From an uncultured Chloroflexia bacterium (GTDB lineage: Bacteria; Chloroflexota; Chloroflexia; QHBQ01; JADMIH01), in contig CAWCNY010000004.1 of assembly GCA_963797095.1 (NCBI GenBank), positions 32,001 to 96,000 on the forward strand: 64,000 bases of DNA, read 5' to 3'. A program made the translations under genes and the position numbers. Position 1 is the stretch's first letter. The number at the start of each line of letters is the position of its first letter. Positions 47,674-57,435 of this stretch are shown here, in pieces. A model generated the notes under the pieces. It made no database searches and was not told the origin of the DNA. It saw nothing but the letters and a program-made list of their open reading frames with translations.

Positions 47674-48894
47674 ATGATCTCGAACGCCAAACCTGGCACA
47701 AGTTCGCCGCCCAGTGCCGCTTCTCCGAAGACAGCACGCCGATCCTCCATGGCATTAAGATCAGCAATCCTCAGCGTTGGAGTAGTCGTGCTGGCCTTGA
47801 TCTATCCGTTGTTTGACACGACGGGGCTCGGTGTGCACCCTGACGTTGCTATCAGTACGCTGGCTGACGCCGGTGTATATATTATGCTGGCACTTGGCCT
47901 GAACATAGTAATCGGCTATGCCGGGCTGCTGGACCTCGGGTATGCGGCATTCTTCGCGATTGGCTCTTACGCGTATGCTTTGCTGGCCTCACCGCGTTTT
48001 GGGATACACCTGTCTTTCTGGCTGATTATTGGCATAGCAGCTTTGGTAGCGGCATTCTTTGGGGCGGTGCTTGGCGCCCCAACCTTGCGATTAAGAGGCG
48101 ACTATCTTGCCATTGTGACGCTGGGGTTCGGTGAAATAGTGCCCACGATATTCTTGAATGCGGAGACCGTTACAGGCGGTACAAATGGAATATCAGGAGT
48201 TGACAAGCCGATATTGGGCATTCCAGGCACGAACATAGGCTTCGCGTTCGCCTTCGACCCGCGACCATATTACTATCTCGTGATCATAATGCTGGTGTTG
48301 ATTGTAATAGCGATCAGCCGCCTGAGGGACTCGAGGATTGGCCGGGCATGGATGGCTATTCGTGAGGATGAACTGGCAGCATCGGCAATGGGTATCGACA
48401 CTGTGAGGACGAAACTGCTTGCATTTTCCCTGGGCGCGGCGTTCTCTGGCTTTGCAGGCAGCGTTTACGCGTCAAAACTTGGGTTTATCGGCCCACAACA
48501 GTTCGACTTCAATGTATCAGTATTCATATTGTGTATGATCATCCTGGGGGGCATGGGCACTATCCGTGGAGTGATCGTAGGTGCGATTGTGTTGTATGTG
48601 ATGCAGAGCTATGTACTGACACAATTGCCGAGTTTTCTCAAATCATTCGGAGAGGCAAACAAGATCGCTTTCTTTCAGCAGACGGACTTCTCCGGGTTGC
48701 GCTATCTCCTTTACGGGATCGCACTGGTGGCGATGATGCTCCTACGACCAGAGGGATTGTTGCCGAGCGAGAGACGGCGGGCAGAATTGCACCCGGAGAC
48801 GGCTGAGCTAGCAGTACGCGAAAGCGAATCTGAACTTTATGAGGTAAGAGAAGGTATCATACAAGAGCCGGACACAAAGGGAGGCGAAGGATAG
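47674..48894 (+). CDS. livM: BCAA ABC transporter permease
   Basis: GLLDLGYAAFF, LRLRGDYLAIVTLGFGEI, GRAWMAIREDE; ATG 47674. Confidence 0.92.
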   Translation: MISNAKPGTSSPPSAASPKTARRSSMALRSAILSVGVVVLALIYPLFDTTGLGVHPDVAISTLADAGVYIMLALGLNIVIGYAGLLDLGYAAFFAIGSYAYALLASPRFGIHLSFWLIIGIAALVAAFFGAVLGAPTLRLRGDYLAIVTLGFGEIVPTIFLNAETVTGGTNGISGVDKPILGIPGTNIGFAFAFDPRPYYYLVIIMLVLIVIAISRLRDSRIGRAWMAIREDELAASAMGIDTVRTKLLAFSLGAAFSGFAGSVYASKLGFIGPQQFDFNVSVFILCMIILGGMGTIRGVIVGAIVLYVMQSYVLTQLPSFLKSFGEANKIAFFQQTDFSGLRYLLYGIALVAMMLLRPEGLLPSERRRAELHPETAELAVRESESELYEVREGIIQEPDTKGGEG

Positions 48895-48898
48895 TATC

Positions 48899-49771
48899 AT
48901 GCAGAGCACCCCCCCGACCACCGACACCACCAGGTCCGGCACGGTTCCAGAGACCGCCCCTGCTCCGGCTCCTGTGACATTGAATGATACAAGTCCAGGC
49001 AGCAAGATACTCTTGCGCGCCAACCAAGTTACCAAGCAGTTCGGCGGACTTACAGCAGTTAATAAGGTGGATTTCACAATTCCTCGCGGGGCAATCGTCA
49101 GTCTTATCGGCCCGAACGGCGCAGGCAAGACCACTTTCTTTAACACGATCACAGGTCTTTACAAGCCAACGAGCGGATCGCTTTACTTCAATGGTAACGA
49201 TATCACCGGCCGTTCACCATCAACCATAACTGCCATGGGCATCGCTCGTACTTTTCAGAATATACGGCTGTTCGCGAACATGTCGGCGCTGGAGAACGTG
49301 CTCGTCGGCCAGCATAGCAGGTTGAAATCGGGCGTGTTCGGTAGCGTGCTGAGGCTGCCCACGGTACGTGCAGAAGAGGTGCGGGCGCACGACCGCGCAA
49401 TGGATTTGTTGAAGCTAGTGGGTCTCGACAAGCTATCTGAGGAAACCTCGAAGAACCTGCCTTATGGGGATCAGCGGAGGTTGGAGATCGCGAGGGCCCT
49501 TGGGAGCGACCCCAAGCTACTGCTCCTGGACGAACCGACCGCAGGAATGAACCCAAACGAGACCGGTCAACTCATTGACTTTATCCGCCAGCTCCGGGGG
49601 GCACTGGACCTGACAATCTTGCTGATCGAGCATGACATGAAGGTGGTCATGGGCTTGTCGGAGCGAATCACGGTGCTGGATTACGGGCAGAAGATCGCAG
49701 AGGGTCCGCCCGAAGAGGTTCGAGCGAACCCACGCGTGATAGAGGCATATCTTGGTAAGGCCGCTGGATAG
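48899..49771 (+). CDS. livG: BCAA ABC transporter ATP-binding protein
   Basis: GPNGAGKT, ARTFQNIRLF, LPYGDQRRLEIARA, IEHDM. Confidence 0.93.
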   Translation: MQSTPPTTDTTRSGTVPETAPAPAPVTLNDTSPGSKILLRANQVTKQFGGLTAVNKVDFTIPRGAIVSLIGPNGAGKTTFFNTITGLYKPTSGSLYFNGNDITGRSPSTITAMGIARTFQNIRLFANMSALENVLVGQHSRLKSGVFGSVLRLPTVRAEEVRAHDRAMDLLKLVGLDKLSEETSKNLPYGDQRRLEIARALGSDPKLLLLDEPTAGMNPNETGQLIDFIRQLRGALDLTILLIEHDMKVVMGLSERITVLDYGQKIAEGPPEEVRANPRVIEAYLGKAAG

Positions 49772-49826
49772 GTGTAAGTCGGGCTACCCAGGAGTTGATT
49801 GGCATAGGGACGCATGAGGATAGAAG

Positions 49827-50540
49827 ATGGCACTACTTGAGGTTGACGGCATAGAAGCTTTCTATGGCAACATACGCGCGCTTAAGGGCGTATCGCTGAC
49901 GGTTGACCAGGGAGAGATCGTGACTTTGATCGGCAGCAATGGGGCGGGCAAGACTACAACGTTGCGCGCGATCTCAGGCATAGTGCGGCCAAAGAGGGGG
50001 CAGGTGAGGCTCGCAGGAAAGCGGATCGACAACCTGGCACCAGAAAATATGGTGCGGCTTGGGATCGCCCACTCTCCGGAGGGGCGGCGAATTTTCAGTC
50101 GAATGTCTGTGCAAGAAAACCTGGAGATGGGTGCATTTTCGAGAAAGGATCGGGCAGGCATAGCCAACGACCTTGAGCGAGTGCTCAACATATTCCCCAG
50201 ACTGCGCGAGCGTTTAACCCAAAAAGGTGGCACACTGTCAGGTGGGGAGCAGCAAATGCTTGCCATAGGGCGCGCCTTGATGTCCAAGCCACGAATCTTG
50301 CTCCTTGATGAGCCGTCTATGGGGCTTTCGCCAATCCTTGTGGAGACCATTTTCAACATAATTCGAGAGTTGAACAAGGACGGCTCGACCATTCTACTTG
50401 TGGAGCAGAATGCTTTGCAGGCCCTACAGGTGGCACATCGGGGCTATGTAATAGAGACAGGCTCGATTGTGCTTGAGGATACGGGGGCGAACTTACTACA
50501 GAGCGAGAAGGTAAGGAAGGCTTACCTGGGGGAAGAGTAA
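49827..50540 (+). CDS. livF: BCAA ABC transporter ATP-binding protein
   Basis: GSNGAGKT, PEGRRIF, LSGGEQQM, LVEQN. Confidence 0.93.
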   Translation: MALLEVDGIEAFYGNIRALKGVSLTVDQGEIVTLIGSNGAGKTTTLRAISGIVRPKRGQVRLAGKRIDNLAPENMVRLGIAHSPEGRRIFSRMSVQENLEMGAFSRKDRAGIANDLERVLNIFPRLRERLTQKGGTLSGGEQQMLAIGRALMSKPRILLLDEPSMGLSPILVETIFNIIRELNKDGSTILLVEQNALQALQVAHRGYVIETGSIVLEDTGANLLQSEKVRKAYLGEE

Positions 50541-50552
50541 CGAGCGTTTGGC

Positions 50553-51779
50553 GTGGTAGGATCAATCTTCAAGAGGATTCAATTGCTGGCAGCCCTGGTG
50601 CTTGCGCTGGGGCTGTTTGCATGTGACGAGTTGAACAGTACTCCCAAGCCTGCAATTCCAAACATGGTTCGGATCGTATCTTCCCTCCCATTGAAGGGCA
50701 ATACAGCCGCACCGTCGAGGCAGATGGAGCAAGCAATCCGCCTGGCAATTGATGAGCAGAAGCCCACACTTGCGGGACTTGATATAGAGTATTTGGAGCT
50801 AGACGATTTGGATGACGAAACGGGCGAGTGGTCAAGCGCAAAAGAGGCGGCAAATGCGAAGCAGGCAGCGGATGATCCAAGCGTAATAGCCTATATGGGC
50901 CCCTACAATTCAGGGGCGGTGATGATCTCGCTGCCGGTGACCAACCGAGCAGGAATGCTACAGGTTAGCCCCAGCGCTACATGGCCGGGGCTCACGAGGG
51001 GGGGATTTGACCGCGGCGAACCCGACAAGTACTATCCCACAGGAATGCGGAACTTTGTCAGCAAGATGCCCGACAACTCCTTACAGGGGCGGGTTGCGGC
51101 ACTTTGGGCCTTAGCACTAGGCATAAAGGAGGCGGTGGTGCTAAGTGATGGGTCAACTTATAGTTCGGGCCTCGCGGACAGTTTTGAGCAATATGGAGTT
51201 GGGATGACCACATTGCGGCTGGAGATCGATCCAACCAGTTTGGGTGGGTTTTCAACTCAAGTTGCGAGCGCCGAGGCGATCTTCTACGCCCCTTCGTCGG
51301 TGTCGAATGCCCTGGCGGTGGCGCGCGCACTGAATGGTGTGCAAGTTCAGGTATTTGCTTCGGATGTGGCTCTAGACCCGCAGTTCGGTTACGGAGCGGG
51401 AACGGGGATATCGCGCTGGCATATCGTGTCGAACAGCGTGCCAGGCGATCAGCTTTTTGGTGCGTCATCAGGACCTGGGGCGAGTTTCAAGGCCGCCTTT
51501 GAGAACGCTTATGGTGACACGCCGGGCCAGTTCGCCGTGAACGCTTACGATATTACCAACCGTATTTTGAACGCCCTGGAGTCGCCAGACAACGGCAATC
51601 CAACCGCGCTCCCGGACCGCGCATCGGTACTCAAGTATGTGCTTTCGACCGAAGGCTTAGGTGCGGGAGGCACAATCAAGTTCACATCGGAAGGAATCCC
51701 GGCGTACTGGCGTATGAGCGGATACGAGTGGCGCGACGGGGGCTTCAAGTTTTCGAGAATATTCGAAGTTGGCCCGTGA
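50553..51779 (+). CDS. Second, divergent LivK-like substrate-binding lipoprotein
   Basis: LFAC lipobox, IVSSLP, GPYNSG, QVSPSAT, YYPTGMRNF. Confidence 0.8.
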   Translation: MVGSIFKRIQLLAALVLALGLFACDELNSTPKPAIPNMVRIVSSLPLKGNTAAPSRQMEQAIRLAIDEQKPTLAGLDIEYLELDDLDDETGEWSSAKEAANAKQAADDPSVIAYMGPYNSGAVMISLPVTNRAGMLQVSPSATWPGLTRGGFDRGEPDKYYPTGMRNFVSKMPDNSLQGRVAALWALALGIKEAVVLSDGSTYSSGLADSFEQYGVGMTTLRLEIDPTSLGGFSTQVASAEAIFYAPSSVSNALAVARALNGVQVQVFASDVALDPQFGYGAGTGISRWHIVSNSVPGDQLFGASSGPGASFKAAFENAYGDTPGQFAVNAYDITNRILNALESPDNGNPTALPDRASVLKYVLSTEGLGAGGTIKFTSEGIPAYWRMSGYEWRDGGFKFSRIFEVGP

Positions 51780-52043
51780 TCAGGACGTTTCTTCAGAATC
51801 CTCGCTGCTATCGAGGGAGGCGTGGAGACGGGCGATCTTGTCGCGCAACTCGGTCAGGTTGGTAATCTTTGCCTCGTCGATACGGTCCTGTATCTCACCT
51901 GGCAGATCGGCAGATTTCAGGTCGACATCCCAACCTCCTTCTTCAAGCTCTTCCAAGAGGCTTTCGAGGTCTTCCAATTCGACCAGCAACTCGTAGTGGG
52001 GCGTTAATTGCTCATTATCGCGTGAGTGACCAAGCGTATCCAT
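51780..52043 (-). CDS. Small acidic helical hypothetical protein
   Basis: GAGGA RBS; last gene of the uvrC-led minus-strand run. Confidence 0.65.
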   Translation of the reverse strand: MDTLGHSRDNEQLTPHYELLVELEDLESLLEELEEGGWDVDLKSADLPGEIQDRIDEAKITNLTELRDKIARLHASLDSSEDSEETS

Positions 52044-52055
52044 GTACTGTTCCTC

Positions 52056-52913
52056 CTATTCTACCATGAGGAAGGCAGAGGCGAAGATGGCTATCATTCC
52101 AAGCCCTGCAACCACTCCGAATTCGAGTAGCATTGGCCTGCTCAAAGTATGGTCGACATAGTGCGATAATACTCCGTACAGAACATAGAATACAACGAGG
52201 AGAAAAGCCCCGCCGATAAGGGTAGTGAGCGCAGCCCAATAGTTGAGGCCCCAGGTAAGCTCACCTACGACAAGCCCTGCTACCAGCGACAGGAGGGCCA
52301 CAGTAGAACGCCCCCCCTCAACGGGCAAATTCATGGCTTTGTGCCAGGCGGCATCGCGAGAAAGCAACTCATAGATCAGCAGGAAGGCTACTGCGCCCGT
52401 AGCGGACGCTGAGTAGAGGGATCGCAGTTTCAAACCGTATATGGTGCTGAAAAGGAGAAACGCGCTTACATGCGCGGCGACATTTAGCGCAGTTTGGGCA
52501 AGCCCGAAATAATGGTCGCCGATCTGGCTTCCATGAGCTTGTCCCCAGTAAACTGCGGCAAAACTGGCCGCTGCCACTGCCAGCACGGCCACCTGGGCAA
52601 GACCGCTCTCGAAGAGCAAGAGGAAGAGCACAAAAGCAGGGGCGAGGAGACCGGGCAGTAGCGTTTCAAGGGGCAGCGGCAACAACCAGAGCCTGCCGAG
52701 GGCCAGTCTGTCGCCGGATGCATTGCTCTCTTGCACCACCCACATAGCCCCTGCGGAAGCGACAATGGTGAGGGCGACGGCCATCACCCAGAGGAGAGGC
52801 TGGGAGTCTGTGCCACCTGATCCCAGAATGCCGCGACTCACCGCCAGAACGAGCGCAAGGCCAACCACCAGAATTGAGGTCAAGACAAAGACTCGCTCAG
52901 TGCGGTAGCCCAC
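52056..52913 (-). CDS. Polytopic membrane protein (DUF5656-like by recall)
   Basis: About 9 hydrophobic segments; GELTWGLNYW. Confidence 0.7.
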   Translation of the reverse strand: MGYRTERVFVLTSILVVGLALVLAVSRGILGSGGTDSQPLLWVMAVALTIVASAGAMWVVQESNASGDRLALGRLWLLPLPLETLLPGLLAPAFVLFLLLFESGLAQVAVLAVAAASFAAVYWGQAHGSQIGDHYFGLAQTALNVAAHVSAFLLFSTIYGLKLRSLYSASATGAVAFLLIYELLSRDAAWHKAMNLPVEGGRSTVALLSLVAGLVVGELTWGLNYWAALTTLIGGAFLLVVFYVLYGVLSHYVDHTLSRPMLLEFGVVAGLGMIAIFASAFLMVE

Positions 52914-52915
52914 AG

Positions 52916-53536
52916 CTATTCCGATGCCCCCTCAATTATTCGCCTTATTGCTTCATCGCTGATCGCACCGCGGCGTAGCACAATTGGTGGGTCAGTGACG
53001 CAGTTCACTACCGTGGACGGCACGCCTCCCCTCACCTGGCCGCCCTCAACTATGGCCTGGACTTTCTCTTCCAGATACATCGCCGCGTCCTGAGCATTGA
53101 GGGCGTCGGGTAGGCCCGACGTGTTTGCACTTGTGGCTGCAATGGCACCACCGCAAAGACCTATCATGTAGCGCAAACCTGAGTGGTCGGGCACCCGAAC
53201 GGCGATGGTGTCGCCACCGCCCAGGGCAGCGGGGAGACGGGGGGAGGCGGGCAGAACGAGGGTCAGCGCACCCGGCCAGAATGCTTCGCCAAGCCTTTCT
53301 GCGAGGGAGTTGCCAGCAGCTGTTACATAATGAACAACTGAGACATCTGATAGCAGGAGAGGTAAGGCTTTAAGGTGAGAACGCGACTTGGCGTCGAAAA
53401 TAGCTTCGATTGCTTCAACATTGTATGGATCGCAGCCAACTCCGTAGACCGTGTCGGTGGGGAAAACGACGAGGCCGCCGGACTTTATTATGCTGGCAGC
53501 CTCTTTCCAATGCGCTTTGGTCTCTTCGAGGATCAT
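52916..53536 (-). CDS. tsaC: L-threonylcarbamoyladenylate synthase (YrdC/Sua5)
   Basis: FPTDTVYG, KSR, FWPGALT, VRVP, TSANTSG, PSTVV. Confidence 0.93.
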   Translation of the reverse strand: MILEETKAHWKEAASIIKSGGLVVFPTDTVYGVGCDPYNVEAIEAIFDAKSRSHLKALPLLLSDVSVVHYVTAAGNSLAERLGEAFWPGALTLVLPASPRLPAALGGGDTIAVRVPDHSGLRYMIGLCGGAIAATSANTSGLPDALNAQDAAMYLEEKVQAIVEGGQVRGGVPSTVVNCVTDPPIVLRRGAISDEAIRRIIEGASE

Positions 53537-53545
53537 GTGTTGGAT

Positions 53546-54664
53546 TTAGTACGTCCTGGCTAACATAAAGTTGGCCCAAGAGTGCAGGAGATGTTTGGCA
53601 TAGCTGTCGGGAAGTATATCAAGTATATTGAGTGCTTGGCTAATGTACGAATTCGCCAACTCACCTGTCTTGTCTAGCGCGCCTGTGCCCGTGATAATTT
53701 GAAGAGCACGTTCGGTGGCCTGATGAGTCGGGTCTGAACCACCTATCAAGGAGAGGAGGGTTTCGCGATCGGATGGAGCAGCACCGCGCACGGCATAGTG
53801 CAATATCAAAGTGCGCTTGCCTTCTCTCAGGTCCGAACCGACAGGTTTTCCCAGACTTGCTTCGTCGGCGGTGAGGCCAAGCAAATCGTCTTGCAACTGG
53901 AAAGCCAGACCGCTCAGTAGCGCAAAGCGCCCCAGATTGTCGGCATAGGTGTGCGGATCATCTCTGCCTGCAAGCCCGATGGTCGCCCCGGCCCAGGCGG
54001 CATATTCGAGGAGAGCAGCCGACTTGCCGGAAAGCATGTGGAGAATCTGCTCATCGGTGAGGTCGTCAGGCTGGGTCACGGCAAATTGCACGTCCAACAT
54101 CTCGCCTTCGAGGAGTTTGGGCGTCAGAGAGGAGGACATACGTCTTACCAACTTCAGCACGATCTCGGGAGCAACGCCGCGCTCAAGTAGGTCACACATG
54201 AGCGCATAGGCCCAGCTCTGTTGGAGGTCGCCACTGAGGATCGCCACGGCCGTACCGTAGTGTGCCGATTCGGCGGCAGGCAGAGCATATTTCGTGGTGG
54301 CGTGGCGAGCATACTGGGCATGAACGGTAGGATTGCCCCGCCGAGTGTCGTCGCGATCGATGATGTCGTCGTGCACCAGGGTCCAGATGTGGAAGATCTC
54401 CACAGCGGCGGCGGCTGGGATCGCCTGTTCTTCGTCGCCACCAACAGCACCTGCGGACAGCAGTAAGAGAGAGGGGCGCAATCCCTTCCCTTTGTGTCGC
54501 ACATATGAGAAGAGTCCCTCGCGAATGTCTTCGGGTTGGAATGCCGATGCACCGGGCCACAATTCGAGGTAGGTGTAAACGCGGTCACGCCTGACTTTCA
54601 ACTCGGACATGAAGTGCGCCTGGTCATCTGTTGGAGGGGTGGTTTGGGTGGAGGGACCTGCCAT
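53546..54664 (-). CDS. Polyprenyl diphosphate synthase (GGPP synthase-like)
   Basis: GKGLRP, LVHDDIIDRDDTRRG, FQLQDDLL, GKPVGSDLREGK. Confidence 0.92.
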   Translation of the reverse strand: MAGPSTQTTPPTDDQAHFMSELKVRRDRVYTYLELWPGASAFQPEDIREGLFSYVRHKGKGLRPSLLLLSAGAVGGDEEQAIPAAAAVEIFHIWTLVHDDIIDRDDTRRGNPTVHAQYARHATTKYALPAAESAHYGTAVAILSGDLQQSWAYALMCDLLERGVAPEIVLKLVRRMSSSLTPKLLEGEMLDVQFAVTQPDDLTDEQILHMLSGKSAALLEYAAWAGATIGLAGRDDPHTYADNLGRFALLSGLAFQLQDDLLGLTADEASLGKPVGSDLREGKRTLILHYAVRGAAPSDRETLLSLIGGSDPTHQATERALQIITGTGALDKTGELANSYISQALNILDILPDSYAKHLLHSWANFMLARTY

Positions 54665-56725
54665 CTACTGCAAATGCTCCTTGATGTTCAGGGCCGCCGT
54701 TCTGTCCATTCCAGGCACGCTCAGTAATTCATCCATACTGGCTCCCTTTATTGCCCTGACGGTCCCGAAGTGCTGCATTAGGGCCTTCTTGCGAACAGGC
54801 CCGATCTGTGGAATGCCGTCAAGCTTACTTCGTGTGCCCCGCTTGGCACCAAGCTTCCTGTTGTAGGTGTTCGAGAAGCGGTGCGCTTCGTCTCTGATGC
54901 GCTGTAGTAGCTTTAGGGCTTCCGATCTGAATTCCAACACTACTGGATCGGATCGATTCGGCAGGAAAATCTCCTCGTTGCGCTTGGCGAGTGAGATCAG
55001 CGGAATATCATCGAGACCCAGGCTGTTCATCACGGTTTGTACCGCAGAGAGTTGCCCCTTGCCACCATCAATCACGACAAGATCGGGGAGCACGGCCCAA
55101 CCTCCTTCGGCAGCGCCGTTGCGCTCTTCAGTTTCGCCGGATGGTTCTGAGCGTTCCGCTTTGGCCGCGATCTCGTGGACCGAATCACCGATTTCAGGCC
55201 CGTCGAGGATCTCCTCAAATCGTTCGCGCGCTTCAGCTTCATAGTAGCCACCAGGCGCAGGTTGAGCGCGAACGACTCCTCGTGCCAGCGTCAACGCTTC
55301 CTCCCTTTGCTCGGAAGCACGTTCTGCAGCAGCTCGCTTGAACCTTCTGGTAAGCATCTCCTGCATAGAAGCAAAGTCATTGTTGGAGACGCCTCTTATC
55401 GCAAACCTGCGGTACTCCTTCTTGAAAGGTACACCTCGCTCGAATACAACCATCGCACCCGCCACGTCAGTGCCCTGAAGGTGGGCCACGTCATAGCATT
55501 CGATTCGCTGCGGCCAGACGGGGAGTTGAAGGGTTTCCTGCAATTCGGTAATGGCGGCTGTCGACTTCTGCTCATCGCTCAAGTAGCGCAGGCGGAACTG
55601 CTCCAGGGTTTCAATCGCGTTGCGTTCGGCTAACTCCACAAGGTCGCGCTTTTCGCCGCGCCTCGGAACAGCAATAGCGACCTTCTTTCCTCGCTTTTCG
55701 CGGAGCCAGGACTGAATCACCTCGGCATCGGAGACATCGTGCTGGAGAAGAATCTGGGGCGGCACATAAGAGGTCTCGTCATAGAATTGGCCGAGGAAGC
55801 CGGCGAGCACTTCGCCCGGCTCGGAATCGGCGGCTCCCTCCATCATGAAGTGCTCCCGACCAAGGAGCTTGCCGCCTCTTATGAAGAAGACCTGCACGCA
55901 GGCTTCACCGTCCCGTTGGGCGAAGGCAATAACGTCTTCATCCGTGCTGGCGGTCGAGAAAACGCGCTTTTGCTCGGCCACGTTTTCCAGACGCCTGATG
56001 CGGTCGCGAAAAACGGCCGCGCGTTCGAACTCCAGGGTCTCTGCGGCTTCCTCCATCTCGGCCCTGAGTTGCTTGAGGATAGTCTCTTGTTTGCCTTCCA
56101 GAAAGAGCACTACTTGCTTGATCGCGTCGTCGTAGGCCCGCTTGTCGGCGAGCGATGCGCAAGGCCCGAGGCACCGGTGCAGGAAATATTGCATACATGG
56201 CCGACTATCGCGGCCTGTGATCTCTTTGTCGCAGGTCCGGAACGGAAAGAGCTTGTCGAGTAACTCTATGGTTTCGTCAATGGGAGTCATGCCGGGATAA
56301 GGGCCATAATAGCCTGCACCGTCGTTCTTCACATTGCGAACTCCGACGACGCGCGGCCACTCTTCCTGGAGGGTGACCATAATATACGGGTATGACTTGT
56401 CATCTTTGAGGCGGATGTTGTAGCGCGGCTTGTGCTTCTTGATAAGCTGGTTTTCGAGTACCAATGCTTCAAGCTCGGTGTCGGTGAGGATGTACTCGAA
56501 ATCGTACACGTTCTCGACCATGTGCCAAACTTTTGGCACTTGCCCGCGCAATGATCCGAAGTAAGACCGAACCCTGTTCTTTAGGGAGATAGCTTTGCCA
56601 ACATAGATGACTGCGCCCGCGCGGTTACGCATGATATATACGCCGGGCGTGCCTGGGAGGGCGGCCAGTCTTTGGTCGAAACCCGGTGCGCGCTCGGGCT
56701 TAATTGGGCTGTTGCTGGTTGGCAT
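54665..56725 (-). CDS. uvrC: Excinuclease ABC subunit C
   Basis: PGVY...IYVGKA..LKNRVRSYF GIY-YIG; UVR domain; IECYD; IDGGKGQ; RDEAHRF; HhH. Confidence 0.96.
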   Translation of the reverse strand: MPTSNSPIKPERAPGFDQRLAALPGTPGVYIMRNRAGAVIYVGKAISLKNRVRSYFGSLRGQVPKVWHMVENVYDFEYILTDTELEALVLENQLIKKHKPRYNIRLKDDKSYPYIMVTLQEEWPRVVGVRNVKNDGAGYYGPYPGMTPIDETIELLDKLFPFRTCDKEITGRDSRPCMQYFLHRCLGPCASLADKRAYDDAIKQVVLFLEGKQETILKQLRAEMEEAAETLEFERAAVFRDRIRRLENVAEQKRVFSTASTDEDVIAFAQRDGEACVQVFFIRGGKLLGREHFMMEGAADSEPGEVLAGFLGQFYDETSYVPPQILLQHDVSDAEVIQSWLREKRGKKVAIAVPRRGEKRDLVELAERNAIETLEQFRLRYLSDEQKSTAAITELQETLQLPVWPQRIECYDVAHLQGTDVAGAMVVFERGVPFKKEYRRFAIRGVSNNDFASMQEMLTRRFKRAAAERASEQREEALTLARGVVRAQPAPGGYYEAEARERFEEILDGPEIGDSVHEIAAKAERSEPSGETEERNGAAEGGWAVLPDLVVIDGGKGQLSAVQTVMNSLGLDDIPLISLAKRNEEIFLPNRSDPVVLEFRSEALKLLQRIRDEAHRFSNTYNRKLGAKRGTRSKLDGIPQIGPVRKKALMQHFGTVRAIKGASMDELLSVPGMDRTAALNIKEHLQ

Positions 56726-56835
56726 GGGAAGGCTCGTTCTTCTCCTGATATTTTATCAGACGGGGCGTGCACGAGCAACGTGCGCACGAGGATCGCCGGG
56801 AGCGCAGGTGGACTGGAAGAAGGTTATTTCAGTAG

Positions 56836-57324
56836 TTAGAGTGATTTGCGAGGCCGGCCCGCTGCGATCAAGATGAGACCGGGGGCGAACAGTCCTAAGA
56901 AGAGACAACAGGTAAGCCCAAGCGCCGGGCCAATGATGCTGCCAGGCTCTTCCAGATCGGGGTCCACTGCGAGTGAAAATGCAAGGAGCGAAGGACAGGC
57001 AACCAACACAAGAGCAAGGATAGTCAGAACCAGACCGAGCCAGAAGAGAGGGGTCGGAGGACGCGAAGGGGTCAGCGCGATGACTACACTGCGGGCAGAG
57101 GTATAGGCTGGGGGTGGTTGTGAGGGACCCGTCCAGGCAAGCTTAGCAGGGTCGGGAATGTAGGGCACAGGCGGTTGGGAGCGAATCGGATCAGGAGTTG
57201 TATCTGCCGGTGGTGCCTGTGTATTTCCAGGCGTGGGAGATAGGGGAAGTCCGCAATTTGGACAGAAACCCGCACCTTCTCTTATCAAGTTGCCGCATCG
57301 CGGACATCGATTCTCCAACACCAA
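56836..57324 (-). CDS. Zinc-ribbon membrane protein
   Basis: CPRCG...FCPNCG, Pro-rich linker, two TM helices. Confidence 0.75.
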   Translation of the reverse strand: MVLENRCPRCGNLIREGAGFCPNCGLPLSPTPGNTQAPPADTTPDPIRSQPPVPYIPDPAKLAWTGPSQPPPAYTSARSVVIALTPSRPPTPLFWLGLVLTILALVLVACPSLLAFSLAVDPDLEEPGSIIGPALGLTCCLFLGLFAPGLILIAAGRPRKSL

Positions 57325-57435
57325 GTCTCCTCACCGGTTAGTGCAGCCGGTAATGATTGTACCATTTTCCTAGATTGGCCGCCGGGAATATCCCTTATAA
57401 TTGAGGGGCGGCTGATAAGTGGCTGATAAGTAAGG

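Noticed and set aside
56726-56835. LexA/SOS box upstream of uvrC
   Set aside because: No GAAC-N4-GTTC found; only a short CTGATA-TTT-TATCAG palindrome of unclear meaning.
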